From Patescibacteria group bacterium (GTDB lineage: Bacteria; Patescibacteriota; Microgenomatia; Levybacterales; UBA12049): DNA of 64,000 nt. The translations under genes and the position numbers were made by a program. The DNA is taken from contig JAMCXO010000002.1 of the NCBI GenBank assembly GCA_023473545.1, positions 6,340 through 70,339 on the forward strand, in the 5' to 3' direction. Below the pieces are notes generated by a model. It worked only from the letters and a program-made list of their open reading frames with translations, was not told the origin of the DNA and made no database searches. Positions within the stretch are counted from its first letter, which is position 1, and every line of letters starts with the position of its first letter. This document shows, in pieces, positions 9,716-19,705 of the stretch.

Positions 9716-11839
9716 TTAATTTATCTCCTGAGGATTTTGCAGAAACTGCTCGGGGTTTTTTATCATTACATCCCTAGGCTTTGCGCCTTCTCCCGGCCCG
9801 ACTATACCAGCATCCTCAAGCTGGTCTAGAATCCGGGCAGCCCTTGCGTACCCAATCGAAAGCCTTCTTTGCAAAAGAGACGACGATGCCCTGTCGTGCT
9901 GGCAAACTATCCTGACCGCTTCTTCAAAAAGCGGATCCTTTCCGTCCGAGCCAGTTATCATATTACCCTTTTTAAGAGATACCTGCTGTCTCACAACCTC
10001 TTCCGTGTACTCAACATGAGGCGCCTTTGTTCTTAGGTAATCTGCGATTCTTTTTACCTCTTTATCGGAAACAAATGTTCCCTGTATTCTGGTCGGTTTA
10101 GCCTGGTCAGGCGGAATATAGAGCATGTCTCCCCGCCCTAAAAGCTTTTCCGCTCCCGGCATATCAATGATAACCCTGGAGTCAATCATGGAGGAAACGT
10201 TAAAAGCAATCCTGCAGGGAATGTTTGCCTTAATAAGGCCGGTAATAACGTTTACCGATGGCCTTTGTGTAGATAGCACCAGATGGATTCCTGTGGCTCT
10301 TGCCATCTGGGCAAGCCTCGCGATCGCATCCTCAACCTCAACAGGCGCAAAGGCCATCAAATCCGCCAGTTCATCTATAACAATTACGATATAGGGAAGT
10401 GCCTGAAAACCGGAAAGCTCGTTATAGGAATCTATATTTCTAACCCCGGCCTCCGCAAAGATCTTGTAGCGCTCATCCATCTGTTTCATTGCCCATTTTA
10501 AAGAAGAAAGAATTTGATCCGTCTCAACTATCACCGGAGTCAAAAGATGGGGAATACCATTGTAGGTCGTTAACTCAACCCGTTTCGGATCAATTAAAAT
10601 CAACTTCACCTCGGAGGGGGATGCCCTGAAAAGGATGGAAGAAATAACAGAATTGATCATAACGGATTTTCCCGATCCAGTTGTACCGGCAATAAGAACA
10701 TGGGGCATTTTGGCAATATCCGCCACAAAAGGATTGCCGGACACATCAAGCCCCAGGGCAAAGGTGAGTTTTGATTTATTCTTTCGCATGGCAGTTGAAG
10801 AAAGCATGGTTTTAAGGGATACCACCTCAAGGGAGCGATTGGGAATTTCTATGCCAACCAGGTTTCGTCCCGGGATAGGGGCTTCTATGCGTATTTGTCC
10901 TGTGGGCGCTTCTGTTGCCAAAGCCAAATCATTGGCTAGAGAAGTAATCTTTGAAACCTTTGTTCCCAAAGCTATCTCTAAAGCGTATTGCGTAACAGCA
11001 GGACCAAGATTAACCTCAACCACCCTAGCCTCTATACCAAAACTCTGAAGTGTTCTTTCTATGATGGTTGCTATACGTTTCACATCGCCCCTGTCGGCTT
11101 TTTTGCCCGGGTTATCATCCAAAAGATTTAAAGATGGGTATTCCCACATGAGCGAACCTGTCAGGGCGTTACTCACCAATTTTTCCGAGAGATTAGGAGT
11201 TTCTTGATGCGGCTCTTTCCGAGAAGGCAAGGCTACGGTCTGGGCGCTTGACATATTGGCAATATCCCTGCTCCCTCCCTTTATAGCTATGGACTTGCTA
11301 TTAACAATCAATGGCTTTTTAGTTTTAAATACGGAAAAAATTCTTTTTGGGAAGAATCTATAGACATTATCCTTAGCAAGGATAATCATTCCCAATAATT
11401 CGTCAAAAGAGGTGTCAAAAAAAACAATGACACCAACCACTATACCGCCTGCAAAAACAAATTTCGAACCAATATCGGTTAAGAAACTCGACAGAAAAAA
11501 GAATAACTGGCTTCCCATAGAACCGCTTCTGGATATGCCTATCAGGGATATAAAAAATAAAAGAAAACCTAAGGCAACATTTGGCTGGGAGAGAAAAATT
11601 TTTAGCCTAAGAAATAAGAAAGCGAAAAACAAAAGAACAAAAGGCAAAAGAATAGAAAGAAAACCAAACTTTTTATCCAGGAAAGAGTTTAGAAATAAAA
11701 AATTACTGCCGGAGGGCAAAAATGATAAAAACGCCAAAACGCTTGACAGTATCAATCCTATAGCAAAGATTGTGTATATTGTTTCGTTTTTGAGCCGTAA
11801 TTTAAATGACTTTCGCCTATAGCTTCTTTTGCGCGCCAT
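9716..11839 (-). CDS. ftsK: DNA translocase FtsK/SpoIIIE.
   Basis: N-terminal TM helices; Walker A GTTGSGKS; FtsK motor blocks; C-terminal gamma-domain-like winged helix. Confidence 0.9.
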   Translation of the reverse strand: MARKRSYRRKSFKLRLKNETIYTIFAIGLILSSVLAFLSFLPSGSNFLFLNSFLDKKFGFLSILLPFVLLFFAFLFLRLKIFLSQPNVALGFLLFFISLIGISRSGSMGSQLFFFLSSFLTDIGSKFVFAGGIVVGVIVFFDTSFDELLGMIILAKDNVYRFFPKRIFSVFKTKKPLIVNSKSIAIKGGSRDIANMSSAQTVALPSRKEPHQETPNLSEKLVSNALTGSLMWEYPSLNLLDDNPGKKADRGDVKRIATIIERTLQSFGIEARVVEVNLGPAVTQYALEIALGTKVSKITSLANDLALATEAPTGQIRIEAPIPGRNLVGIEIPNRSLEVVSLKTMLSSTAMRKNKSKLTFALGLDVSGNPFVADIAKMPHVLIAGTTGSGKSVMINSVISSILFRASPSEVKLILIDPKRVELTTYNGIPHLLTPVIVETDQILSSLKWAMKQMDERYKIFAEAGVRNIDSYNELSGFQALPYIVIVIDELADLMAFAPVEVEDAIARLAQMARATGIHLVLSTQRPSVNVITGLIKANIPCRIAFNVSSMIDSRVIIDMPGAEKLLGRGDMLYIPPDQAKPTRIQGTFVSDKEVKRIADYLRTKAPHVEYTEEVVRQQVSLKKGNMITGSDGKDPLFEEAVRIVCQHDRASSSLLQRRLSIGYARAARILDQLEDAGIVGPGEGAKPRDVMIKNPEQFLQNPQEIN

Positions 11840-11862
11840 AAAATTATTATATCACTGATGCT

Positions 11863-13524
11863 CTATACCTCAATCACAATGGGAAGAACAAGCGGCCTGC
11901 GGTAAAAATCTTTAAACAAGCGTTTCGCTACCACATCGCCTAAAAGCCTTCTAATGTATATCCAGTTGATAACCTTCTCATTCTTTACGCCTACTGCCTT
12001 CCTGAAATCCGCCCTCACCCTTTTTTCTAATCCCCCAAGGCTTCGAAGAGTAAAACCTTTAATAATAATGTCTATTCTGCCGACTATCTTTGCCGAAACC
12101 GAATCAACCTGCGCCAGAACAATGACCATTCCGCCCTCTGAAAGCCGCTGCCTGTCCCTAAGGACAAAGCTCTCAATTTCTTCTCCTGAAATCTCATCAA
12201 CGTAGACCTTTTTTACAGGCACTTTTTTGCCCGGCATTGCAGAGGAGCCGGTAAAAATTACCTCCTGTCCGTCCTCTACCAGAAAAATGTCGTTTTTTCT
12301 ATAACCAAGCTTTTGGGCCAGGTTTCTGTACAAAAGCATGTGCCTAAAAGAACCCCCAATCGGCAGAAGCTTTTTGGGCCTTACCAGGGATATAAGTTTT
12401 TCCATCTCGCCTAAAGAGGCATGGCCTGAAACATGAAAATCCCTAGTCATAGGGGAATAAAGCACGCGCGTTCCTTTCTTGGCAATCTCATCTACCAGTT
12501 CGTAAATAGATAATTCGTTTCCGGGAATCGGATCCGAGGAAAAAATAACCGTATCCGAATCAGACAATACAACGTTTCTCTGCGTGCCGTTAACAATCCT
12601 TGAGATTGCCGAATCCTCCTGTCCCTGAGTACCGGCAACTATCAAGGTAAGCGATGAGTCTAAATGATTTTTAAGATTATCTACCTCCACCTCCTCTTCA
12701 TCCTTCAGGTCGAGGTAGCCTAATTTTTTACCCGCCTCTTTAATCTTCGCAAGAGAACGGCCTATAAAACATATTTTTCTGCCGGCTTTTCTGGAAACTT
12801 CTATTACCTGATTAAGACGCGCGATATTTGAGGAATAGGTCGTTACAATAAATTTACCTCTGCATTTTTCTATTTCTCTCAAAAAATTTTCTGTTATATT
12901 TATCTCGGAGGGGGTTTTCTCTAATCTCTCGGCTCCTAGACAATCAGACATTAAAGCCGCCACTCCCGACCTAGCTAGTCTTTCTATTTTTTCATAATCC
13001 GTTTTTCTGCCGTCATACGGCGCGTCATCCAACTTAAAATCACTGCCGTGATAAAAATTACCAACCGGCGTCTCGATAAAGATATGGGCCGTGTCCGGAA
13101 TGGAATGGGTAACCCGTATAAAGCTTATTTTAAAATGCCCAACAGAAACAATCTGACTGTCAAAATCCACCGTTTTCGCTTCGGCTTTAACGCCAAACTC
13201 CTTTAGTTTCTCATTTGCCAAATAAGAAGTAAGGGTTGAACCGTAGATTGGAAAAGCGGGCAGCTGGGGCAGAACAAAAGGCAGGGCTCCGATATGATCT
13301 TCGTGTCCGTGGGTTAACACCATGCCCACAATTTTTTTCGATTTTAAAAGGGTTAATAAATATGAAACATCGGGAAACAAAAGATCTGCCCCAAGCATAG
13401 TTTCATCGGCAAAGCCTATGCCGCAATCAATAATCAGTATTTCATCTTTATAGATATAAAGATACATGTTTTTTGTCACGTCGCCGACGCCTCCCAGAGG
13501 AATAAAAGAAATCTGGTTATCCAT
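11863..13524 (-). CDS. rnj: Ribonuclease J (metallo-beta-lactamase / beta-CASP RNase).
   Basis: HGHEDHIG metallo-beta-lactamase motif; architecture and length (553 aa) fit RNase J. Confidence 0.9.
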   Translation of the reverse strand: MDNQISFIPLGGVGDVTKNMYLYIYKDEILIIDCGIGFADETMLGADLLFPDVSYLLTLLKSKKIVGMVLTHGHEDHIGALPFVLPQLPAFPIYGSTLTSYLANEKLKEFGVKAEAKTVDFDSQIVSVGHFKISFIRVTHSIPDTAHIFIETPVGNFYHGSDFKLDDAPYDGRKTDYEKIERLARSGVAALMSDCLGAERLEKTPSEINITENFLREIEKCRGKFIVTTYSSNIARLNQVIEVSRKAGRKICFIGRSLAKIKEAGKKLGYLDLKDEEEVEVDNLKNHLDSSLTLIVAGTQGQEDSAISRIVNGTQRNVVLSDSDTVIFSSDPIPGNELSIYELVDEIAKKGTRVLYSPMTRDFHVSGHASLGEMEKLISLVRPKKLLPIGGSFRHMLLYRNLAQKLGYRKNDIFLVEDGQEVIFTGSSAMPGKKVPVKKVYVDEISGEEIESFVLRDRQRLSEGGMVIVLAQVDSVSAKIVGRIDIIIKGFTLRSLGGLEKRVRADFRKAVGVKNEKVINWIYIRRLLGDVVAKRLFKDFYRRPLVLPIVIEV

Positions 13525-13527
13525 AGA

Positions 13528-14634
13528 TTAGATCTGGGGCAAAAACTCCTTTATATTTGTGCTGTTTATAGTAATGGATTGGATCTTGCCTTCGACAATA
13601 AGCCTGGCGGTTTTTCGGCAGATACCATCTATTGTTCTTCCCAAACTTCTAATGCCCGAATCAAATCCCAAAGGACGAATAATAAATGGCCAAAGATTGG
13701 GATCAATGGTTAACTGATTCGCCAAAAGCCCTGTTTCTTCTCTCGTCTTTGGAAAAAGATAATCCCTGCCTATGATGATCTTTTCCTCATCCGTGTAAGA
13801 GGGCATCTGTATTATTTCGAGTCTGTCCAGAACAGCGTTTGAAATATTTGTGGTGTTATTAGCAGTAGCAATAAACAATACTTCCGATAAATCAAAAGGG
13901 AAATCTATGTAGTGATCTGTAAAGTTCATATTCTGCTCCGAATCCAAAAGCTCAACCAAAACCCCCATTACATCGGACCTGGCATCGGAAGAAATCCTGT
14001 CCAGCTCATCCAAAAGGATGACACAGTTTTTTGTTTGGGCATGGGATAACCTTTTAACAATGTAGCCGGGCTCGGCATCGGGAAAAGCGCGGGATTGACC
14101 CCGAAGCGCCCTGGCATCGCCCATTCCTCCAAAAGGAATCCTTTCAAACCTTCTGCCCAGAACCTGAGCTACCGACGCGGCGAATGTTGTTTTTCCTGTT
14201 CCGGGCAAACCGACAAAACATAAAATAGGCGCCTTAGTAATATAAAACCCCTGTTTAAGATTAAGCATAATAAGAGCCAAATACTCCAAGATCCTATCCT
14301 TTATATTCTGCATGCCGTAATGATTCTTGTCTAGAATTTTTTTGGCCATGTTTAAATCAAGAACATCCTGGCTTTTGTTATTCCAGGGGAGTCCGACCGC
14401 CCAATTTACGTAAGAGGCGGTTGACTCATATTCCAAGATATAGTTAGCGCTTAAAAACCCAGCGCTGGCCCTCAAAAGAGCCAGTCTCTGAATCCTTGAA
14501 ATCAAATTATCTTTTAAATCCTTGGGAAGGATTGCCTTTTCTATCTTTTCTCCCAAGCGGCGGATTTGATCGTTAGTATCCTGTTTCAATTTAATCTGCG
14601 CGTCTGACGGGGTTGGTGTAGCGTTACTGTCCAT
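13528..14634 (-). CDS. Lon-type AAA+ ATPase lacking the S16 protease domain.
   Basis: Lon AAA+ blocks (ILCFVGLPGTGKTT, GGMGDARALRGQSRAFPDAEPGYIV, FIATANN...LDRLEII, C-terminal alpha subdomain). The ORF stops directly after the AAA+ module, 4 nt before rnj. Confidence 0.75.
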   Translation of the reverse strand: MDSNATPTPSDAQIKLKQDTNDQIRRLGEKIEKAILPKDLKDNLISRIQRLALLRASAGFLSANYILEYESTASYVNWAVGLPWNNKSQDVLDLNMAKKILDKNHYGMQNIKDRILEYLALIMLNLKQGFYITKAPILCFVGLPGTGKTTFAASVAQVLGRRFERIPFGGMGDARALRGQSRAFPDAEPGYIVKRLSHAQTKNCVILLDELDRISSDARSDVMGVLVELLDSEQNMNFTDHYIDFPFDLSEVLFIATANNTTNISNAVLDRLEIIQMPSYTDEEKIIIGRDYLFPKTREETGLLANQLTIDPNLWPFIIRPLGFDSGIRSLGRTIDGICRKTARLIVEGKIQSITINSTNIKEFLPQI

Positions 14635-14734
14635 AATTAATAATTAATATCTTACTACAAGTAAAATGTAAATGCTATTCCGACTTAATAGTAACAGGAT
14701 TTGTTAAAGAAAGCGAGCGAATGGCCTTCAGATT

Positions 14735-16996
14735 CTAATAATGAGGTTTTTTAAATGGCCTTTCCCTTCTTGAGGAAGACTGGGATTCCCGCTGCCAGTT
14801 TCTCCCCCCTTGACTTTGATATCTTTCTCTTCTGAACTGCATCGACAGAGGATGTTCGCGTCTTTGGGAATCAGGCCTCTCTTTTTTCTGTCCAAAATCT
14901 TTGCGCATAGACAGGTTTATTCTGCCTTGTTCATCTATTTCCCTAACCGTTACCTTTACCCTGTCGCCAATCTTAACCAACTGATGAGGGTCATTGACAA
15001 AGCCGTCTGACATTTCGGATACGTGAACCATTCCTTCCTTCCCCGGTGTTAACTCTACAAAAGCGCCAAAAGGAAGAATCCTTTTTACTTCTCCTTCAAA
15101 GACCTCCCCCACGCCAATTTCCCGGGTTATACTTTCAATCCAGGCTACCGCCTGATCGAGCGAGTCCTTATCCGTTCCCGTAACCGTTACGGATCCGTCA
15201 TCTTCAACGTCAACCGTTACGCCTGTTTTGGCCATGATGTTTTTTATGACCCTTCCGCCCGGACCAATCAGCTCCCCTATTTTATCTACAGGAATATGGA
15301 TAAGCTTTATCTTAGGGGCGTAATCGGAAAGCTTTGATCTGGTGTCCGGCATTACCTGAAGCATTTTTTCAAGAATAAAAAGCCTGCCTTTCCTTGCCCT
15401 TTCCAGAATCTCTCCTATCTGTGTTATTGTTAGTCCTGGAATTTTTACATCAAGCTGAATTGCCGTAATGCCATCTCTTGTTCCCGCCACCTTAAAATCC
15501 ATATCCCCTGAAAAATCCTCCAAACCAATAATGTCGGTTAGGATGACATACTGATCTTCGTTTGACACAAGCCCCATGGCAACCCCGGCAACAGGCTTTA
15601 AGATAGGAACACCCGCGTCCATCAAAGAAAGGGTTGATCCGCAAACAGAGGCCATCGAGGTTGATCCGTTGGAAGAAAGAATTTCCGATACCACTCTTAT
15701 CGTGTAGGGAAACCTATCCTGATTTGGGACAACGGCGACAAGCGCCCTCTCGGCCAATGCGCCATGACCTATCTCGCGTCTTGAAGGAACACCAATCCGG
15801 CCTGTTTCCCCGACAGAATAAGGAGGCATAGAATAATGGTGTATATAACGCTTTGATTCTTCTCCTTCGGGAGACTCTATTAACTGCTCCATTCGCGGGG
15901 AGCCTAGTGTTACAACGGTTAAAGCCTGCGTATCTCCGCGCTGAAAAATCGCAGAGCCGTGAGTTCTGGGCAAAACCGAAACCTCGGAGGCTATTGGACG
16001 AATTTCATCTATGCCGCGGCCATCCGGCCTTTTGCCTTTAGCTATTATATTTTCCCTTACTGCGGCAAAAAATACCTTTTCAAAGGCCTTGGCAACCATT
16101 TTTTTATCTATTCCGCTTTCCGGATTAGAGATCTTTTCCGATTCAAAAATTGAATCTATGATCTGTTCTTCCTCTGGGCTATTTGCTTCTTTCGAGGCGC
16201 TTTTAGGTATAAGGGCGGCGATTTCCGCCCCGTAGCTTTTCTTTATTTCGGAAACTAAATCCAAGAACAGCGGGTCTTTTTGCGCTATCTGTTTTTTCTT
16301 GCCTATCTTCTTGGCAATATCCTCTATAAAATTTATTACCTTGGCTGTCTCATCATGCGCCTTTTTTATAGCCGACAAAACGACTGTCTCGGACACATCC
16401 GAGGCGCCTGCTTCAATCATGACTGTTTTGTCTTTATTCTGCGACAAAACCATATCGAGTTCCGAAAGATCAATTTCTCCCTTGCCCGGATTAATAATGT
16501 ACTCCTCGTTGCCGTTATCCTTTTCCTTAACATATCCAATCCTTACCGCCGCAACAGGCCCTGCCCAGGGAATAGAGGAAATACTAAGGGCAAAAGAGGT
16601 AGCAACTATAGACAAAATATCTGGCTCATTTTCTCCATCAACAGACAGCACGGTAACAATAATCTGAACCTCTTTTGTGTATTCTTTTGGGAATAGGGGC
16701 CGTATAGATCTGTCTATCAGCCTTGCGGTTAAGATTGAATCATCGCTTGGCCTTCCTTCTCTTTTAACCCATCTGCTGCCCTTTATTCTTCCGCCCGCGT
16801 ATAATCTTTCCACGTATTCTATAGTCAGAGGAAAATAGCCCAAATCCGGTCTTTCCTTGCCCTCCACCACTGTTACAAGAACCATGGTGTCTCCTAAACG
16901 CGCCAAAACAGAGGCGGTCGCCTGTTTGGCAACCTTGCCAATGGTAAGGGTTAAATTTTTCCCTCCAAATTCCAGATTAAATGATTGCTGTTCCAT
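14735..16996 (-). CDS. pnp: Polyribonucleotide nucleotidyltransferase (PNPase) with an unusual C-terminal basic (R/Q/S-rich) tail of about 50 aa.
   Basis: Two RNase PH domains, KH and S1 domains, and a C-terminal RREHPLSMQFRRERYQSQGGRNWQRESQSSSRRERPFKK tail. Confidence 0.95.
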   Translation of the reverse strand: MEQQSFNLEFGGKNLTLTIGKVAKQATASVLARLGDTMVLVTVVEGKERPDLGYFPLTIEYVERLYAGGRIKGSRWVKREGRPSDDSILTARLIDRSIRPLFPKEYTKEVQIIVTVLSVDGENEPDILSIVATSFALSISSIPWAGPVAAVRIGYVKEKDNGNEEYIINPGKGEIDLSELDMVLSQNKDKTVMIEAGASDVSETVVLSAIKKAHDETAKVINFIEDIAKKIGKKKQIAQKDPLFLDLVSEIKKSYGAEIAALIPKSASKEANSPEEEQIIDSIFESEKISNPESGIDKKMVAKAFEKVFFAAVRENIIAKGKRPDGRGIDEIRPIASEVSVLPRTHGSAIFQRGDTQALTVVTLGSPRMEQLIESPEGEESKRYIHHYSMPPYSVGETGRIGVPSRREIGHGALAERALVAVVPNQDRFPYTIRVVSEILSSNGSTSMASVCGSTLSLMDAGVPILKPVAGVAMGLVSNEDQYVILTDIIGLEDFSGDMDFKVAGTRDGITAIQLDVKIPGLTITQIGEILERARKGRLFILEKMLQVMPDTRSKLSDYAPKIKLIHIPVDKIGELIGPGGRVIKNIMAKTGVTVDVEDDGSVTVTGTDKDSLDQAVAWIESITREIGVGEVFEGEVKRILPFGAFVELTPGKEGMVHVSEMSDGFVNDPHQLVKIGDRVKVTVREIDEQGRINLSMRKDFGQKKERPDSQRREHPLSMQFRRERYQSQGGRNWQRESQSSSRRERPFKKPHY

Positions 16997-17004
16997 AAAA
17001 TAAA

Positions 17005-17274
17005 TTAATCCGCGGTCTTAATAACAGAAAGCATTTTTGATGATCTTTTTTTATCCACCTTAGCTAAAAAATTCATAAGCCTCCGTCTTTTCGAGATCAT
17101 AGACAAAAGACCGCGCCTGCTTCTCATGTCGTGCCCATGCATTTTTAAATGCGATGTTACCTTGGTAATTCTCTCTGTTAAAAGGGCAATCTGCACTTCA
17201 GGACTGCCTGTGTCTCCTTTAACCGTTTGAAACTTTTCGATTATCTTCTTTTTGTCTACCGAACTAAGTGGCAT
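17005..17274 (-). CDS. rpsO: 30S ribosomal protein S15.
   Basis: GDTGSPEVQIALLTERI...HDMRSRRGLL are canonical S15 blocks; forms the rpsO-pnp operon. Confidence 0.95.
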   Translation of the reverse strand: MPLSSVDKKKIIEKFQTVKGDTGSPEVQIALLTERITKVTSHLKMHGHDMRSRRGLLSMISKRRRLMNFLAKVDKKRSSKMLSVIKTAD

Positions 17275-17466
17275 AATACTCTAGCTTCCTTTTTATTAAT
17301 CTTTAATAAGACAATTTCTATTATATCACCTTTTTCTCCAACTCTCAATGCATATTTCTCTAATCGTTCGAGGGCTCCCAAAACAGACATGGGGTTTTGG
17401 CAATTTTGATTAACCCTTTGCCTAAAATTTTATTTCTTTGGGAAATCCTAACCTATTGCCTGACTT

Positions 17467-17491
17467 ATTGCCCTCAAGAATTGCCCTCAAG
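17467..17491 (+). promoter_or_regulatory. Perfect tandem 12-bp direct repeat ATTGCCCTCAAG x2 (with a third degenerate copy upstream) immediately upstream of a TTGACA -35 element (17496..17501). Candidate regulator-binding site for the DsbA-like gene.
   Basis: Seen directly in the sequence; its position relative to the -35 element is typical of an activator or repressor site. Confidence 0.4.
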
Positions 17492-17522
17492 GTTATTGAC
17501 AACTAATAAATAATTCCTTAAA

Positions 17523-18479
17523 ATGTATCTCATGCCGGCTAAAATAAAAAAGACAACTGCTAAAAAGGCTTCTTTGCCTAAACGGATTCAAGGCGCATCA
17601 AGACCTCAATTTTCTTCCGAAAAGATCATTGAGCCCGAATATTTAAGCGTAAATCAAAAACAAACAAAACCCTACACCGCTATTCTTATAGTTCTGCTTA
17701 TTGTTGCCGGATTTTTTATCGGCATGCTTTACACAAAAGTACAATACCTGGAAAAGAACCAGCAGGACAACCAAAAAACCACAACTGTGGGCACTGCCGC
17801 AGCCCCTGCCGGTATTGGACCTTTACATGTTGCCAAGGTAATTGGTATGGATCCTGCCAAATTTAAATCTTGTTTAGAATCTAATAAATACGAGGCTCTT
17901 GTTAAGAGTGATCTTGCGGCCGGTCAAAAAGCCGGGGTGAACGGAACACCAACTACTTTTATTGATGGTTATCCTATGGTAGGCGCTCAACCCTATTCTG
18001 CGTTTAAAACCTTCATTGACCAAGAGCTTGCTAAATCTCAAGGCGGAACCCTGCCGATCGCGATTGTAGGCAAGGCTTACGCAGATTCTAAGATTCTGGC
18101 GCAGGCAAATAATCCCGCTGGACAAGTCTCGGCAATTCCCACACCGGCCAGGGTATCGGTTGGGCTGGGACGGTTTCCGATCATGGGCAATAAAAACGCG
18201 CCGGTAACCGTGGTTGAATTCGCAGATTTCCAATGCCCCTTTTGCGAAAGATGGTTCAAGGATGTAGAGCCGCAACTTATAAAAGACTATGTTAATACAG
18301 GCAAGATAAAGTTTGCCTATAGAAATTACGCGTTTTTGGGACAGGATTCTATCACCGCGGCAGAAGGCGCATATTGCGCTAACGAGCAGGGAAAATTCTG
18401 GGCTTACCACGATTTTATGTTTAACCACCAACAGCAGGAAAACTCCGGCTGGGCAAGTAAAGCAAATTTAGAAGAATAG
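17523..18479 (+). CDS. Membrane-anchored DsbA/BdbD-family thiol:disulfide oxidoreductase with circularly permuted domain order.
   Basis: The CPFC active site and thioredoxin N-half (PVTVVEFADFQCPFCERWF...KFAYRNY...GKFWAYHDFMF) lie in the C-terminal part. The canonical DsbA C-half (GVNGTPTTFIDGY...) lies in the N-terminal part, after the TM anchor. Confidence 0.7.
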   Translation: MYLMPAKIKKTTAKKASLPKRIQGASRPQFSSEKIIEPEYLSVNQKQTKPYTAILIVLLIVAGFFIGMLYTKVQYLEKNQQDNQKTTTVGTAAAPAGIGPLHVAKVIGMDPAKFKSCLESNKYEALVKSDLAAGQKAGVNGTPTTFIDGYPMVGAQPYSAFKTFIDQELAKSQGGTLPIAIVGKAYADSKILAQANNPAGQVSAIPTPARVSVGLGRFPIMGNKNAPVTVVEFADFQCPFCERWFKDVEPQLIKDYVNTGKIKFAYRNYAFLGQDSITAAEGAYCANEQGKFWAYHDFMFNHQQQENSGWASKANLEE

Positions 18480-18491
18480 GTCTATAAAATC

Positions 18492-18764
18492 CTAGGTTAT
18501 TATCCGAAAATCCCGAAAGTCTTCTTTAATATCCTCCCGAATGACTTCAAGATTTTTTATCTCAGCCAAAAACGGTCCTTTCCCAGAAACCATAATCACT
18601 GTCTTGATATTTTTTTCCGAACCCTGAAAAAGCGCCTCTACCTTGTTATCCCGGGTATTTCTAACCCAACCGACAATTCCCAAATTTTCCGCGTTTTTCT
18701 TGATAAAACGTCTAAACCCAACCCCCTGCACGAAACCCGAAATAAAGATATGCGCCTGTTGCAT
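18492..18764 (-). CDS. acyP: Acylphosphatase.
   Basis: VQGVGFR...GWVRN acylphosphatase signature; 90 aa. Confidence 0.8.
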   Translation of the reverse strand: MQQAHIFISGFVQGVGFRRFIKKNAENLGIVGWVRNTRDNKVEALFQGSEKNIKTVIMVSGKGPFLAEIKNLEVIREDIKEDFRDFRIIT

Positions 18765-18772
18765 GCTAAGAT

Positions 18773-19024
18773 TTATGATTTAAGTTCTTTCAACTTCCAC
18801 ATAAAAAGCGCGCCTTTATTCTTTGCTTTTGAATCCGAAACATAAGAAAGCGCTTTTTCCAAGACCGAACGGTGTACTGTTTTTGCCAATTTTATGTAAA
18901 GGCTTTTATGCTTTAAGTCATCCAGTTCCTCCGCCAAATAAATTCCAAATAACTGAAATTCTCGGGAAACATATTTATCTTTTGTTGGATTAAAGTCTTT
19001 AAGGATTTGTCTTATGGACTGCAT
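18773..19024 (-). CDS. Hypothetical small protein.
   Basis: ORF tightly packed between acyP and pth; no family recognised. Confidence 0.35.
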   Translation of the reverse strand: MQSIRQILKDFNPTKDKYVSREFQLFGIYLAEELDDLKHKSLYIKLAKTVHRSVLEKALSYVSDSKAKNKGALFMWKLKELKS

Positions 19025-19040
19025 ATTAAAAATATTAATA

Positions 19041-19658
19041 TTATTTAGTATTAAATCTGTTCATGGCGTAGTTAGGACCGTTTTCCAAGGCTTCCTGAAT
19101 CGCCTTTGACCCTCTTTTTATAAGTTCCCTTACCTTTCCCCATTCCTGGGCGGTAAATTTAGACAGAACAAAATCCTCAACGTTTTTAACTCTTTGATTC
19201 TTGATTGTTGATTTTTGATTCTTCCGTCCTATCCCCATTCTAAATCGCCAGAATTTATCTGTCCCCAAGCTTTTTATTATTGAATCAATTCCATGATGCC
19301 CGGCCGATGCGCCGGCAAACCGAATGCGAATACTGCCCAAAGGCAAATCTATATCATCATGCACAACCCAGATATCGCTACTCTGCATCTTGTAATAGGC
19401 GGCAAGCAACTCAACTGACATGCCGGAATTATTCATATAGGTTTTGGGCTTGGCCAAAATTACCTTTTCTGTTTGCCCGTGTTTTCTCTGCCATTCCATC
19501 TGAAAAACACTGCTCTTCATTTTTTTTTGGTCATTCCAGACAGTCTTCTCAACAGATTCAAAATCCTTTAAAAATCTTTCAACAATCATAAATCCCAGGT
19601 TATGTCTGGTTTTTTCGTATCTATCGCCCGGATTGCCAAGGCCGACAATCAGTTTCAT
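19041..19658 (-). CDS. pth: Peptidyl-tRNA hydrolase.
   Basis: N-terminal LIVGLGNPG...RHNLGF signature. Confidence 0.9.
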   Translation of the reverse strand: MKLIVGLGNPGDRYEKTRHNLGFMIVERFLKDFESVEKTVWNDQKKMKSSVFQMEWQRKHGQTEKVILAKPKTYMNNSGMSVELLAAYYKMQSSDIWVVHDDIDLPLGSIRIRFAGASAGHHGIDSIIKSLGTDKFWRFRMGIGRKNQKSTIKNQRVKNVEDFVLSKFTAQEWGKVRELIKRGSKAIQEALENGPNYAMNRFNTK

Positions 19659-19705
19659 AAATAATTTAAGATTTAATATTCATTTTCCTAAATTCCTAAC
19701 GCGTG

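Noticed and set aside
15634-16696. Several 60-140 aa + strand ORFs inside pnp.
   Set aside because: They are antisense to a high-confidence conserved gene and have no motifs; typical shadow ORFs. Other antisense ORFs inside alaS, ftsK, rnj, hsdM, lig, uvrD and elsewhere were treated the same way.
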